Source: Octopus sinensis
Lineage: Eukaryota
Direction: 5' to 3'
NCBI RefSeq assembly: GCF_006345805.1
Contig: NC_043001.1
Span: 38,254,001-38,318,000, forward strand
Length of the DNA stretch: 64,000 nt
The notes beneath the pieces are model-generated. The model did no database searches, was not told where the DNA came from, and saw nothing but the letters and a program-made list of their open reading frames with translations. This document shows positions 1-11,405 of this stretch, piece by piece (position 1 is the first letter of the stretch; every line of letters begins with the position of its first letter). Both the position numbers and the translations under genes were made by a program.

Positions 1-575
1 AGTTTAATACTGCTTTCTTGGTCTTCGGATGTTTTTGAAACTTCTGTTTGCATTTATGCATCAATCATTAAAAATTTTTCTTCATTGGAATTTGCTCTAA
101 GCTGTAATAGCTGGGTTTCCATTCTGAATATGTCGAGAACCATCTTTCCTCCAAATTTTTGTTATTGTTTGGGTTCAATAGCGATAGGTTTTATTTGTAG
201 TTTCTTTGGGAGGATGATCGGTGTTGAATTGAGCCATTTTCCATATATTTCTGCTTTGCCATTATTTTTAATGAAGTTACAAAAGGCATATTTACAAGCT
301 GTGAAGTTTTGGTTCCATATATATTTAATAGAGTTTTTGATTGCAGAGGTTTCTCGTTGCAGGTTGATGTTATCTTCTTCAGTTTTTGGATTTTGTTCCA
401 GCTTCTGGAGCATCACTGTTTCTATATTTTACATAACTGGTTGAGGGTTTGTACAACTGCTGTTTCTTCCATTTTCCTTCTTTCTTTAAGTGTTTCCTTA
501 GTGTAAGTCTGTATCTCATCGATTTTGTTGGATAAGACTGTGAGCTTGGAGGAGATCTCTTTCAATTCTTTTACT
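1..575 (-). mobile_element. Decayed ORF fragment, probably the N-terminal/ORF1 region of a retroelement (family not identified)
   Basis: Coiled-coil-like IEIVKELKEISSKLTVLSNKIDEIQ then frameshift into MLQKLEQNPK..YGKWLNSTPIILPKKLQIKPIAIEPKQ; no splice signals; ends at (TA)n 578-590. Confidence 0.35.
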
Positions 576-599
576 ATCTCTATATATATATTGGTTCAG

Positions 600-935
600 C
601 TCCATATGCCTAACACATGCCTACAAAGTCAGAAAACAGCACAGCTCCCATGACTTTCGGAAACACGTTTCACACTCAAAGTTGCTGAAGCAGGGAACAA
701 ACTACCTGCATCAGTTGTTAGTTGCTGAGACATTGCATCCTTTAAAACCTCCACGCTTTCTGAAATTCGCCAACACTACACCTTATATCTCCCCTTCCAT
801 TTGCATACACACATGTATAACATGACTCATACACTGTTCACTTACCTGGCTTTTGTACATAATTCTATGTACTGTACGTGCACCTTTGATGAGTTGTAGT
901 GCACCTGAGCACTATACATAATAATTTCATTATTA
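600..935 (+). mobile_element. CR1-type LINE 3' end
   Basis: AYKVRKQHSSHDFRKH/FTLKVAEA(G)NKLPASVVSC*DIASFK resembles the CR1 ORF2 C-terminus; followed by 3' UTR and ATT/TA tail. Confidence 0.65.
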
Positions 936-1859
936 TATATGTGTGTGTGTGTGTGTGTGTATGTATGCATGCATGTATGTATATATGTATATATATATGT
1001 GTGTATACACACACACATATATATTTCATTTCAACATCTCAGTCTACCAGTATTCTATATCCTAGCTAATCAGAGCTTTCTCAACTTCTGTATCACAATA
1101 TAATTACTACTAATATTTCATTCATTTTCTAATACAATTCCCTTACTATGCCTGATAGCACCAATGACCAAATACTAAAGACTTAAGTTGACCATGTGTG
1201 TAAATGGCCCATATCAAACTTCAACACAACATTTGGAGAATGCACTTAAGAATTTGTTTTGAAAGATTCTTAATGTGAAATCATGTATTGAAACAGATAT
1301 TGTTATATTTTAGGATGGTCATTTTCTTTTCTTGCCAAATAAACACATGCACTATATATTCATTCTTCACTCATTTATTATTGTTCTCATTTTATCTTAT
1401 GTCCATTGTCTGGAAATCTTTTGTCACACACCTGTGACCCACATGTATCCTCCTGTTCTGTTCAGTCCATTCTGTCTTTCTATGATGTGTATATTTATCT
1501 GCATTTGCATCTGTGTCTCTATGTATGTGTGCATGTGTGTGTGCATGTGTGTGTATGTATGTGTGCATGCATGTGAGTGTGTGCATGTGTGTGTGCATGC
1601 ATATGTGTACACATGTCTATGTGTTTTGTGTGTATATATGGGTTTGTTTACTATATTGTTTGTATCCTTGCCCTTTATATAGTTTCTTTACGTTTTTTAC
1701 TTATTTATCTCTATTTCTTATATTTCATCATTAGTATGAGCATGTATGTCTTTTGTATGTGTATATATGTGTTTATGTATTATACAATTTTTTTTTCCTT
1801 CTGTCTTTAGACATTGTATTGAGCAGTGTGGTAGTGGTGGTGAATGTTATTGTTCCATT

Positions 1860-3390
1860 CATGCTTTCTGTTGATACTCAGTCAATCTATTACTATGTGT
1901 GTGGTTTCCGTAATCTGTCTAAGTGTCATGCTTGCTCTATGTGTTGATAATACCTTAACCTCTATGTTGTTAACTGAGCTTCTATGTTCTAATTGAGCAT
2001 GTTGGTAGAGCACTGGTGAGCTTTTCTCTTCTTTGACCTTCTGCCAGTGTTCACCTATCCACTCACCTATGCTATGAGCCATCTTCCAAATGTAAGTTGT
2101 CTTGTTTCTGCACCATTCCTCAGTACAGTAAACTATAGACTACATTCCTAATTTTACAGTTAAGCTGTGGGTTCATCTTACTTTTTATACAATTGTTCTC
2201 TGTACATTAGGACTTATTGAAAGGATATGTTCTACTGATCAGAGATTTTATGGAGATTCCTGGCCTTTCTACTACTTTAATCCATAGATTTATCTTATCT
2301 AATGCTTTTCTAAAAAGTAGCAGATGCACAGGGGCAATAAACACTGAAGATGTACAGAAAACAGATTCCATCACATGCCAGGGGGATAAACTAGAAGTAG
2401 TCGATAGCTTCTGCTACCTAAGCAACCAAGTCTGTAGTGGGTGTGGTTGCACAGAGAATGTAGTGGCTAGAATAAGAATAGCTGTGGTCAGTACCCACTG
2501 ACTGGCTCCCGTTCTGGTGGCATGTAAAATGCATCATCCGTATGTGGTCGATACCAGTGTCCCCTGACTGGCTCCCATGCAGGTGGAACATAAAAAGCAC
2601 CATCTGAACATGGCCGATGCCTGTACTCACTGACTAGCTCCTATGCTGGTGGCACATAAAAAGCACTATTCAAACATGATCGATGCCAGGACCACCTGAC
2701 TAGCTCCCGTGCCGGTGACACGTAAAAAGCACCATCCAAATGTAATCGATGCTAGGCTCGCCTGACTGGCTCCTGTGCTGGTGGCACGTAAAAAGTACCC
2801 ACTACACTCTCAGAGTGGTTAGTGTTAGGCAGGGCATCCAGCTGTAGAAACATTGCCCGATCAGATTGGAGCCTGGTGCAGCCGCTGGCTCTCCAGACCT
2901 CAGTCAAACTGTCAGCATGCAAAACAGATGTTAAACGATGATGATGATGATGATGATATATAAGTTTGCCACCAGGAGTAGCAGCAACGAACATGACACT
3001 TTGGTATTTTTTATTGTCATAATTGGCTTTATCTATCTTCTTCTTAGGATTTACTCCTGTATAGCAGGCAGATCCCATTTGCATCATTCTCTATGATGAC
3101 CTTGTACTTAGCCCTGGCTCCTTTGTACACTCTAATCCTGTCTCTTTGGCTGTAGCCAGTGAATTCCTTGTGGTGGATGAAATGTTGTATGTGTCTTTCC
3201 AATTTCTCTGGATCACACATGTGGGACACATTTCTCATCACTCTCACCAAGTCCACTATTAGGATATTGAACTTGGTGTTGTCTGCAATAGCTGCCTTCT
3301 TGTGGACCAGGTATTTAGAGGCTATGGGTTTGGCTTAGTAGGAATGAAGGATCTGGACATTATTCTTAGTTTCCAGCTAGAGTTTCATGT
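1860..3390 (-). mobile_element. Second Penelope-like element fragment (RT thumb + GIY-YIG), interrupted by an RTE piece
   Basis: KYLVHKKAAIADNTKFNIL..LVRVMRNVS..EFTGYSQ..YRSK, YQSVMFVAATPGGKL | IKVVERPGISIKS..NCKIRNVVYS..TYI..SIGEWIGEH..RQITE; typical PLE motif order. Confidence 0.72.
2313..2960 (+). mobile_element. Internally deleted RTE-clade LINE (RT thumb piece fused to 3' UTR repeats, (GAT)n tail)
   Basis: [38 protein letters not shown] matches the RTE at 23480-23650; GGCACGTAAAAAGCACC units; tail GTTAAACGATGATGA. Confidence 0.85.
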
Positions 3391-3825
3391 CTGAGACCTG
3401 TGCCTATTGACCTGTGTGTGTATACATACATGCATGCATACATACATAAATACATACATACATACATACATACATACATACATACATACATAGAAACATT
3501 GTTACTACCATTACCTTTTAACATCTGTTTTCCACGCTGGCATGAGTTAGACAGACTAATAAGATCCTGTGAACTACAAGACTGTGTTGAGATCCAGTGT
3601 TAGTTTTAGCATGGCTTCTACAGCTGGATGCCCTTCTTAATGCTAGACATTTTACAGTATGTACTGAGTGCTTTTATTTTGTACCACTGGCACTAGTGAG
3701 GTGGTAAAGTAATTTGCAAGACAGGAAACGAACATGAAAAACCTGGTGGTATAGTATTTGAAAGGAGGAGGTGGTTTTATGCTAGGTGTGGAGAAGCTAA
3801 AGTATGATAGAAGAACAAGCCCAGG

Positions 3826-4085
<260 letters not shown>

Positions 4086-4484
4086 CATATTTTCACATTT
4101 ACTTTCGACAGTACAGTACAGATTTTTCTGATATTCAGACCTCTATCTATTAATGAAAACGATTTAACACAATTTTTGTTTGTTATTTCTTGACAAAAAA
4201 AAACATGGCTTCCATGATGTCAACACACATACAGAATATCTACACATATAATGAATGTCGTGGCTTGTCAATCAATACAAACATGTCTGCTATCAGTGAC
4301 ATACACATGTATAGTCTTTATGTTCTCTAAGGAAAAAGAAATGTTGACTTTTTGATGTACACAATATTTTAATCATTTAGAAATATTTAAAAATGTAAGT
4401 TGTTTATACATTAAGTATGTCTATTTTAGCTTTCTTTAAACAGACAATATTTTAATGTTTTTTTAAAATTATTTTCAAGGGAAA

Positions 4485-5030
4485 GGTGATCTTTTGTTTG
4501 TCATCTGGAGTTCGTTAATTTCCATAAAATATTTTTATTTATTTACTTTTGTTTTAGAGTGAAAGAGAGGAGAAAGTGTACGTGTATATGAAATGGAGGT
4601 GTGTGTGTGTGTGAAAGTGAGAGAGAGAGAAAGAGAGAGAGAAAGAAAGAGAGAGAGTGTGAGTGAGGGGGGTGTTGTCATGTATACGTACATACATCAA
4701 TACATATACAATACATGTGTTGTCATGTATATGTACATGCATCAATACATAAGCGTACATATTGTATGTATGTGTGCATGTGTGTGAGAGAGAGAGAGAG
4801 TGAGTGAACGTGTGTGTTCTCATGTATGTGTAAGTGGCACTCTCTCTCTCACTCACTCTCACATACACACACACATCCATTTTATATACACATTCATACA
4901 TCTTTCGCTTTCACCTTTCTTTCACTTTAAAACAAAAGTAAATAAATAAAAAAAAAAATTTATGGAAATTAACAAACAAAACCAGCTGATCCAGATGACG
5001 GTTCTGAGATTAAAAGCAAAAGATTGCACC
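4485..5030. mobile_element. Fold-back/MITE-like element with long imperfect terminal inverted repeats
   Basis: Left arm GGTGATCTTTTG..GTCATCTGGA..TTAATTTCCATAAA..TTTATTTACTTTT..GTGAAAG pairs with reverse complement of ~4840-5030; flanks AAGGGAAA (4477-4484) and AAGGGAAT (5031-5038). Confidence 0.72.
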
Positions 5031-5505
5031 AAGGGAATACCGTTACAAACATTTTTTCGAGTGCTTTCAATGTATCTCACCTCCAAAGATTTGCAATAAA
5101 GGACCTGAAATATCTGTCATGTGGTAGCAGAGCATGCAAGAAATAGCAGCCAAATCTTTCCTTTTCATTGAAAGCATGCAAAGTAGCCTGGAAAAGAAAA
5201 AACCCCACAAAACAAAACTCCGTTGCTGGGAAACTCAGACTTTCCAGGTGACCCAACGTGTCACAGGTATATATATATATATATATATATAAAATACAAA
5301 ATAAGAAAATGGAGAAATACATCTTAATCAATAATCAACTACCAGATAATACCCAATCACATAATTTATTAAACCACTACATATGAGCATTAAGGTCAAA
5401 CATAATAATATAGAACAAAACAATGTGCATCAATGAGTAATAAGATCCAATAAGTACAGTATGTATAAGTGAATATAAATAAATACAAATATAAATATAA
5501 ACTAC

Positions 5506-5632
5506 ATCTTACAGCTGTTTCAGCCATGCAGATATGGGTGCCTCATTATGCTCATATTAGCCATGTGTGATAGGTTAATATGTAGTTATAAATGAGACAC
5601 TTACAAAAATATCCCAAGGCCTCTTCAGAGAT
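5506..5632 (-). ncRNA. Type I hammerhead ribozyme motif in the 3' region/pLTR of a Penelope-like element
   Basis: Minus strand: AUCU-CUGAAGA-GGCC...GGCU-GAAA-CAGCUG-UA/AGAU. Stem I AUCU/AGAU, intact core CUGANGA and GAAA, palindromic stem III ACAGCUGU, cleavage triplet GUA (cut between 5510 and 5509). Confidence 0.82.
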
Positions 5633-7870
5633 CATGAAGTACAAACTAAATTAAATATGAAAATCAGAGGAGATACACCCATACAAGAGTGGGTACATAC
5701 CCATAATATATAATATACACATACATATGAGTGCATATACCCATACTCCTATACATATATATATATATACATATACATAATGATAATATACAGCAATATA
5801 CATACATATGTTCTATATTCAAGGTTACAGTTGGTCAAAACAATATATTAGAATATTACAATATAGAAACATATACATATCTATATTCAAATGCAGATAT
5901 ACAAAGTCAAGAGTTCATTATATTAAGTTACAAATGTCATTAATATTACCATCATTACTATTACCATTGCCACTATTGCTACTAATATCATTATTATTAT
6001 TATTAATAGCATTAATACCAGCAAAACAATATATGCATCACGCGGTTAGCAACATAATAGCAAAAACAACAACAACAATAATACTATAGATTGGCAGATA
6101 CATATAAAATGAAAAATGAAAAACATTGATTTACATCATAGAAAATTCCACAGGTGCACAAGCGTATATACGGGTGCCAGCCATGATTTGGACTGTGATA
6201 TGTGTAAAGTATAAAGTTCAGAGATAATTAAATATCGAACGCCCAATGGGATTGGCCGGCACATTTGAATTTCAATTGTCTTCGTTATGGTTGGTTTGTT
6301 AAGAAATACTTACATACGTACATACGTACACACGTATATGTGCGCTTACACATATATACATGGATAAATCACAATACAGGAAATACTAGCTTACATACAC
6401 ACATATATGTTTACATACATAACTACTCACGTATATCCATAAATATATATACATGCATGCAAACAGACACCCATACCCAGTCGAGGTACGTTATTAGCAT
6501 AAGATACATAATTAAAATTACACTGTATATTTCGTAAACATTTATCGTGCTGTTAAACCTTCCAGATAACCACAATTTTGACTGTGTTCCCACTCAAATC
6601 TTCACTAATAAACAAGCATAGGCATGGGAAAACTGCACCAACATACACATACACCCCCCCCCCGCACATATCCATATACATATATACACTCGCATGCACT
6701 GCATCCGCAAACATTTGCATATACATACACACTCATATATGTATTCATATGTATAAAAAAACATATACACATTTATCCACCCATGAATATATATATATAC
6801 ATATAAATATACATATACATATATATATACATATACACATGAACATATGTTGACATATCCACATGTACTTACGAAATTACAAATATACATGTCTGCCCAC
6901 AGCTTTGCATATATATACATTCATGCATAACCAAACAACAGAAGGACATATAGATACATATACAATATGTTAACAGAAATTATTATTAAATATAAAACAT
7001 AAGATATAAATTAATTATAAATTAAATTAATAGGTGCCAGTAACTAAAAAATAATAAATAAATAAATAAAAGATAAAAAATAATAAATAATGAATAAAAA
7101 ATAAAATAAAATAAAATAATGATAATAGTAATAATAAAGAAGGAGAAAAAAATATATATAAATAAATAAATAAATAAAATACAAATTTAGATGTATACAA
7201 AGAGAACTTAATATATAAGACTGCCAAACAATTCACTTACAAGGAAGATATATATACATATACAATCACATATATCCACATAAGTATACACAAGTATGCG
7301 TAGACTAATACATACACCTACACATAAACAAATACATATACATACTGACAAATACATACACATACCCACAAAATATAAGTAAATATATATATATATATAT
7401 ACATATTTATACAAAAATAAACAATGTATACTAAATATAGACCCATACTAGTTACGTATCAGTACAACAAAGTCCCAAACCAACAGCCTAAGATATGATA
7501 CGTGTATACGCCCGCCACCAATGGAAAACTCCATGAAGATCAAAATACCATGTATATATCAGAATATACATATATAATTTCAATATATTTTCAAGCTGAG
7601 ACAAAAACAATCAATACAGAACACATATATGGAGATACAAAATTATAAATTATAATGTCCAAGAGCGCAATCCTATATAGAAAAATGTTAAAAAATTACT
7701 GTTAGAAAAACTAGGTGCTATTTAAATCTAGAGAAGGTATACGCTAGTCTGTGAAGGCAAAGACAATTCCGCTCATTAATATTATTAATAATGGGTAGGC
7801 CAGCTTTGATGATGAAGAAGATTTCATTGATACATAAAGAGCATTTTTTATTTCTATTATTATATACTGG

Positions 7871-8084
7871 GCTGTTTGCCAGCCTCGTCTGGCACCTGTG
7901 CAGGTAGCACGTAAAAAGCACCCACTACACTCTCGGAGTGGTTGGCGTTAGGAAGGGCATCCAGCTGTAGAAACACTGCCAAATCAGACTGGGCCTGGTG
8001 CAGCCTCCTGGCTTCCTAGACCCCAGTTGAACCATCCAACCCATGCTAGCATGGAAAACGGACGTTAAACGATGATGATGATGG
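7871..8084 (+). mobile_element. RTE-tail/SINE 3' fragment inserted into the PLE endonuclease
   Basis: ACTACACTCTCGGAGTGGTTGGCGTTAGGAAGGGCATCCAGC..GGACGTTAAACGATGATG; excision rejoins ..LTSAP|VYNNR.. in frame. Confidence 0.88.
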
Positions 8085-9883
8085 TGCGGAAGTGAGTATT
8101 TTCCAATTTAAGTCAAAATCTATATTCTTGCTCTTAAGTTCCCAAATATAAGTACTTAACCCTGTAGAATTCATCCTATTTTTATTTTTAAAAGTGTATC
8201 TATGATAGTTTAGTCGTTGTTTCATACTATTTTTAGTCGCTCCAATGTACACCCTACTATCCTGTTGTGTATTCACAATGCATTGATAAACCACCTCTTT
8301 CCTCAGGCATTCATTACTGAACACACATTCATCTCTGTTTCTGAAATTGCAGCTACTATCAGATTGAGGAAATTTAACCTTGCCACAATTCACTGCATCC
8401 CTATTATTATTAATAGTGTTACACACATTCCCACTACTTAATCCTATATTTAACGGGAGTCCATGTTTAACATTATTAGTGATATTCATATCATTAAGAT
8501 TACTATTGTGTCATCCATTAAATTAATATTTGTCGCTACAGGGGTAGTACTATTATAACCAGCGTGAGGGCTGCTCACGTTCGCACTATTAGATTTATTG
8601 CCTCCCCGGTTATAGAGAGGCAAATTTCTGCTACCCAAATTTATCTTTCTATCACTATAGAAGCGGTCTAATTTTCTATTATTAAAGGAGGAAATGATGG
8701 TGGCTAAATTGTGCGTAAGGCTATACCCTATTCTAATAGTTTTATTGTTAATTATTTGACCAAATTTATTCTTACCCTTCACAATTTATACTATAAATTA
8801 TGGATTATTCTAACTATATCTGTTTTAATCTGCATTGCATATGGGATTATTAGCCATAGTGCATCATTATCACTATGTGGGTTACCTATCAAATTCTTAT
8901 TGCCGGCAAAAACCCTGTCCCTCTTCCATCCCATATGCCCTCTACGTTTAATATTGCCATGATCTGAGATCGTGTGCTGGAACGAAAACAATTGCAGCAT
9001 GGAAGGTATTTGTAAGCCATTTAAGAAATACACAAAAGCCGTTCGATTCACTTCACATTTAAGTTTAATTTGTCAAAATATTTTCGTTGCTAAAATCCGC
9101 GACCTGTTCACTGACAAAAATCCATGCTGCATCCGTGTTGATATTGTTCTTTATCCTACAGTTATTATTGTCCATTCGAAATTCATTTATGTTATTACTA
9201 ATAGATCTACCTTGATTGGAAAGATTATTATTGGGTATATACCTAATTTTACTTGTGCAGCCTGCCTTAAGCAATGCCGTATTATATCTTTCACAATGCT
9301 TATTAAATATGTCCCAGTTTGAGGATAGATAAGAGATTCTCTGACTAATGCTATGTACCAGTGACTTTTTAATTTGAGGTGGGTGATTGCTAGAGTAGTT
9401 TATATATACTAAGTTAGAATTAGGTTTAATATAAGGTTCATGTATCCCATTAGTAAGGTTGCAATTGACATCTAAATAATTGACAGAGTAATTTTCGTTT
9501 TCAATAATTACAGATAAGCCAAAACTTTTAAAAAATTTATGCAGTCGTTTTTTCAGTAAATCTAGCCTTCTATTAGATGTGTTTTTAACTAGAAACAAAG
9601 CGTCATCTCTGACCTTAATGTTCATATGTAGTGGTTTAATAAATTATGTGATTGGGTATTATCTGGTAGTTGATTATTGATTAAGATGTATTTCTCCATT
9701 TTCTTATTTTGTATTATTAATTTGTGGTAAAACATTTTACCTTTGCCCATATAATACAGTAAATGAATTAATTGCATCGCAATTCTTAACATTTATGTAT
9801 TAACTTTGTTGGGTGCTTTACTAGCATTATATTGGATATATGTTATCCCATGGTGGGTTGCACTCACAACCCCTATCTCAATT

Positions 9884-9911
9884 TATATATATATATATAT
9901 ACTATTTATAT

Positions 9912-9943
<32 letters not shown>

Positions 9944-9980
9944 CGTATATATATATTATTTATATTATATATATATATAT
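9884..9980. repeat. (TA)n microsatellite at right end of PLE
   Basis: Direct reading. Confidence 0.95.
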
Positions 9981-10339
9981 GAAATACAGAATATGGGGGT
10001 TTAGTTCACAGGTGATCTAAACGACTAGGAACACTGAGTAAGTGCTGTAACAAATTACCAGTGCTCCACAGTCATAGCTGAGATGGGAGTTATGGAACCT
10101 TTGTAGACTTCCGATACAGCAGATATATAATTTTTAAAGAGGACAACAAAGATTAAGACAAGACGATCATCTCAAGTCATATACATTAGCGTTATTATTG
10201 GAAATATGTATATATATCTATATGTATGTAAATCTATCTATCTATCTATATATATATATAATATATTCATAGAAGACATACAAACATATCAAGTTTACTT
10301 TTCTGTAGACAGAGAAGAAGGAGGAACAGCCTTAAAGCA

Positions 10340-10816
10340 TTTTCCGCTGTGCTTGAGGAGACCTGTTGAGTCAAGTACATGTACATGAACATCGAAACAA
10401 ATATCAATGGAAATAGTAGTTGTGATACCTGTGCCGGTGGCACATAAAAAACACCATCCGAACGTGGCCGTTGCCAGCGCCGCCTCGACTGGCTTCTGTG
10501 CCGGTGGCACATAAAAAGCACCATCCGAATGTGGACGATGTCAGCGCCGCCTTGGCTGGCTTCCGTGCCGGTGGCACATTAAAAGCACCAACCAATCGTG
10601 GCCGATGCCAGACTCCCCTGGCACCTGTGCTGGTGGCACGTAAAAAGCACCCACTACACTTGTGGAGTGGTTGGCATTAGGAAGGGCATCCAGCTGTAGA
10701 AACACTGCCAGATCAGACTGGAGCCTGGTGCAGCCCCTGGCTTCCCAGACCCTGGTCGAACTGTCCAACCCATGCTAGCGTGGAAAACGGATGTTAAACG
10801 ATGATGATGATGATGA
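10340..10816 (+). mobile_element. RTE LINE 3' UTR fragment with tandem units and (GAT)n tail
   Basis: CTGTGCTTGAGGAGACC start, four GCCGGTGGCAC(A/G)TAAAAAGCACC units, (GAT)n tail. Confidence 0.85.
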
Positions 10817-10826
10817 TTAATAACTC

Positions 10827-11405
10827 CACAGGTCAAATATCACAAATAAGTCACTGATGACAAGGAGCCACTTCTTATCCCCATATCAAAATCAAAATCA
10901 ATTTGATGACTGGCATTCATGCTAGCGGGGTGCAAAGAGCACCATACGAGTGTGATCGTTGACAGAGCAGCTATTCGAGTATGATCGTTACCAGCGTCAC
11001 CTTACTGGCACTTATGCTTGTGTTAGTAGGGTGCCAAGAGCACCATCCGAGTGTGATCGTTGCCAGAGCAGCCAACTGGCTTCTGTACCTATGGCACGTA
11101 AAAGGGCACCATTCGAGCATGATCGTTACTAACGTCACTTCACTGGCACCTGTGCTGGTGGCATGTGTAAAAAGATTTGAGCGAGCTCGTTGCCAGTACT
11201 GCCTGACTGGTCCCCATGCCAGTGGCACGTAAAATGCACCCACTACATTCTTGGAGTGGTTGGCATTAAGAAGGGCATCCAGCTGTAGAAACTCTGCCAG
11301 ATCAAGATTGGAGCCTGGTGCAGCCATCTGGCTCGCCAGCCCTCAGTCACAATCGTCCAACCCATGCTAGCATGGAAAGCGGACGTTAAACGATGATGAT
11401 GATGA
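10827..11405 (+). mobile_element. Second RTE LINE 3' UTR fragment (different subfamily) bounded by a 10-bp duplication
   Basis: GAGTGTGATCGTT units, shared tail; TTAATAACTC at 10817-10826 and 11406-11415. Confidence 0.8.

Larger units (their letters stand above)
5293..9883 (-). mobile_element. Penelope-like retroelement (5'-truncated RT + C-terminal GIY-YIG endonuclease, decayed) with inverted copy of its 3' end
   Basis: Minus-strand pieces 9610->7718: RDDALFLVK..VNYLDVN..YINYSSNHPPQIKK (RT C-terminal part/thumb), WLIIPY..KTDI, CLRKEVVYQC..VYIGATKNSMKQRLNYH (GIY-YIG), KKCSLCINE..FSRFK-stop; several frameshifts. 106-bp inverted repeat 5293-5398/9610-9715; both ends abut (TA)n. Confidence 0.88.

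Noticed and set aside
2100-2130. In-frame TGA in the PLE endonuclease as selenocysteine (known for some Naiad PLEs)
   Set aside because: The TGA is out of frame once a nearby frameshift is corrected (C-T-E-E reading), and the element has a C-terminal, not N-terminal, endonuclease.
9065-9625. 186-aa ORF as an independent gene starting MNIKVRDD
   Set aside because: The Met and first residues come from the inverted arm; the rest is a truncated PLE RT.
10420-10660. CRISPR-like repeat-spacer array (also 2490-2800, 35260-35490)
   Set aside because: Linkers are homologous to each other, the arrays sit in LINE 3' UTRs ahead of a (GAT)n tail, no cas genes, eukaryotic context.
10846-10875. CTGATGA as a second hammerhead core
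   Set aside because: No downstream stem II/GAAA/stem III arrangement.
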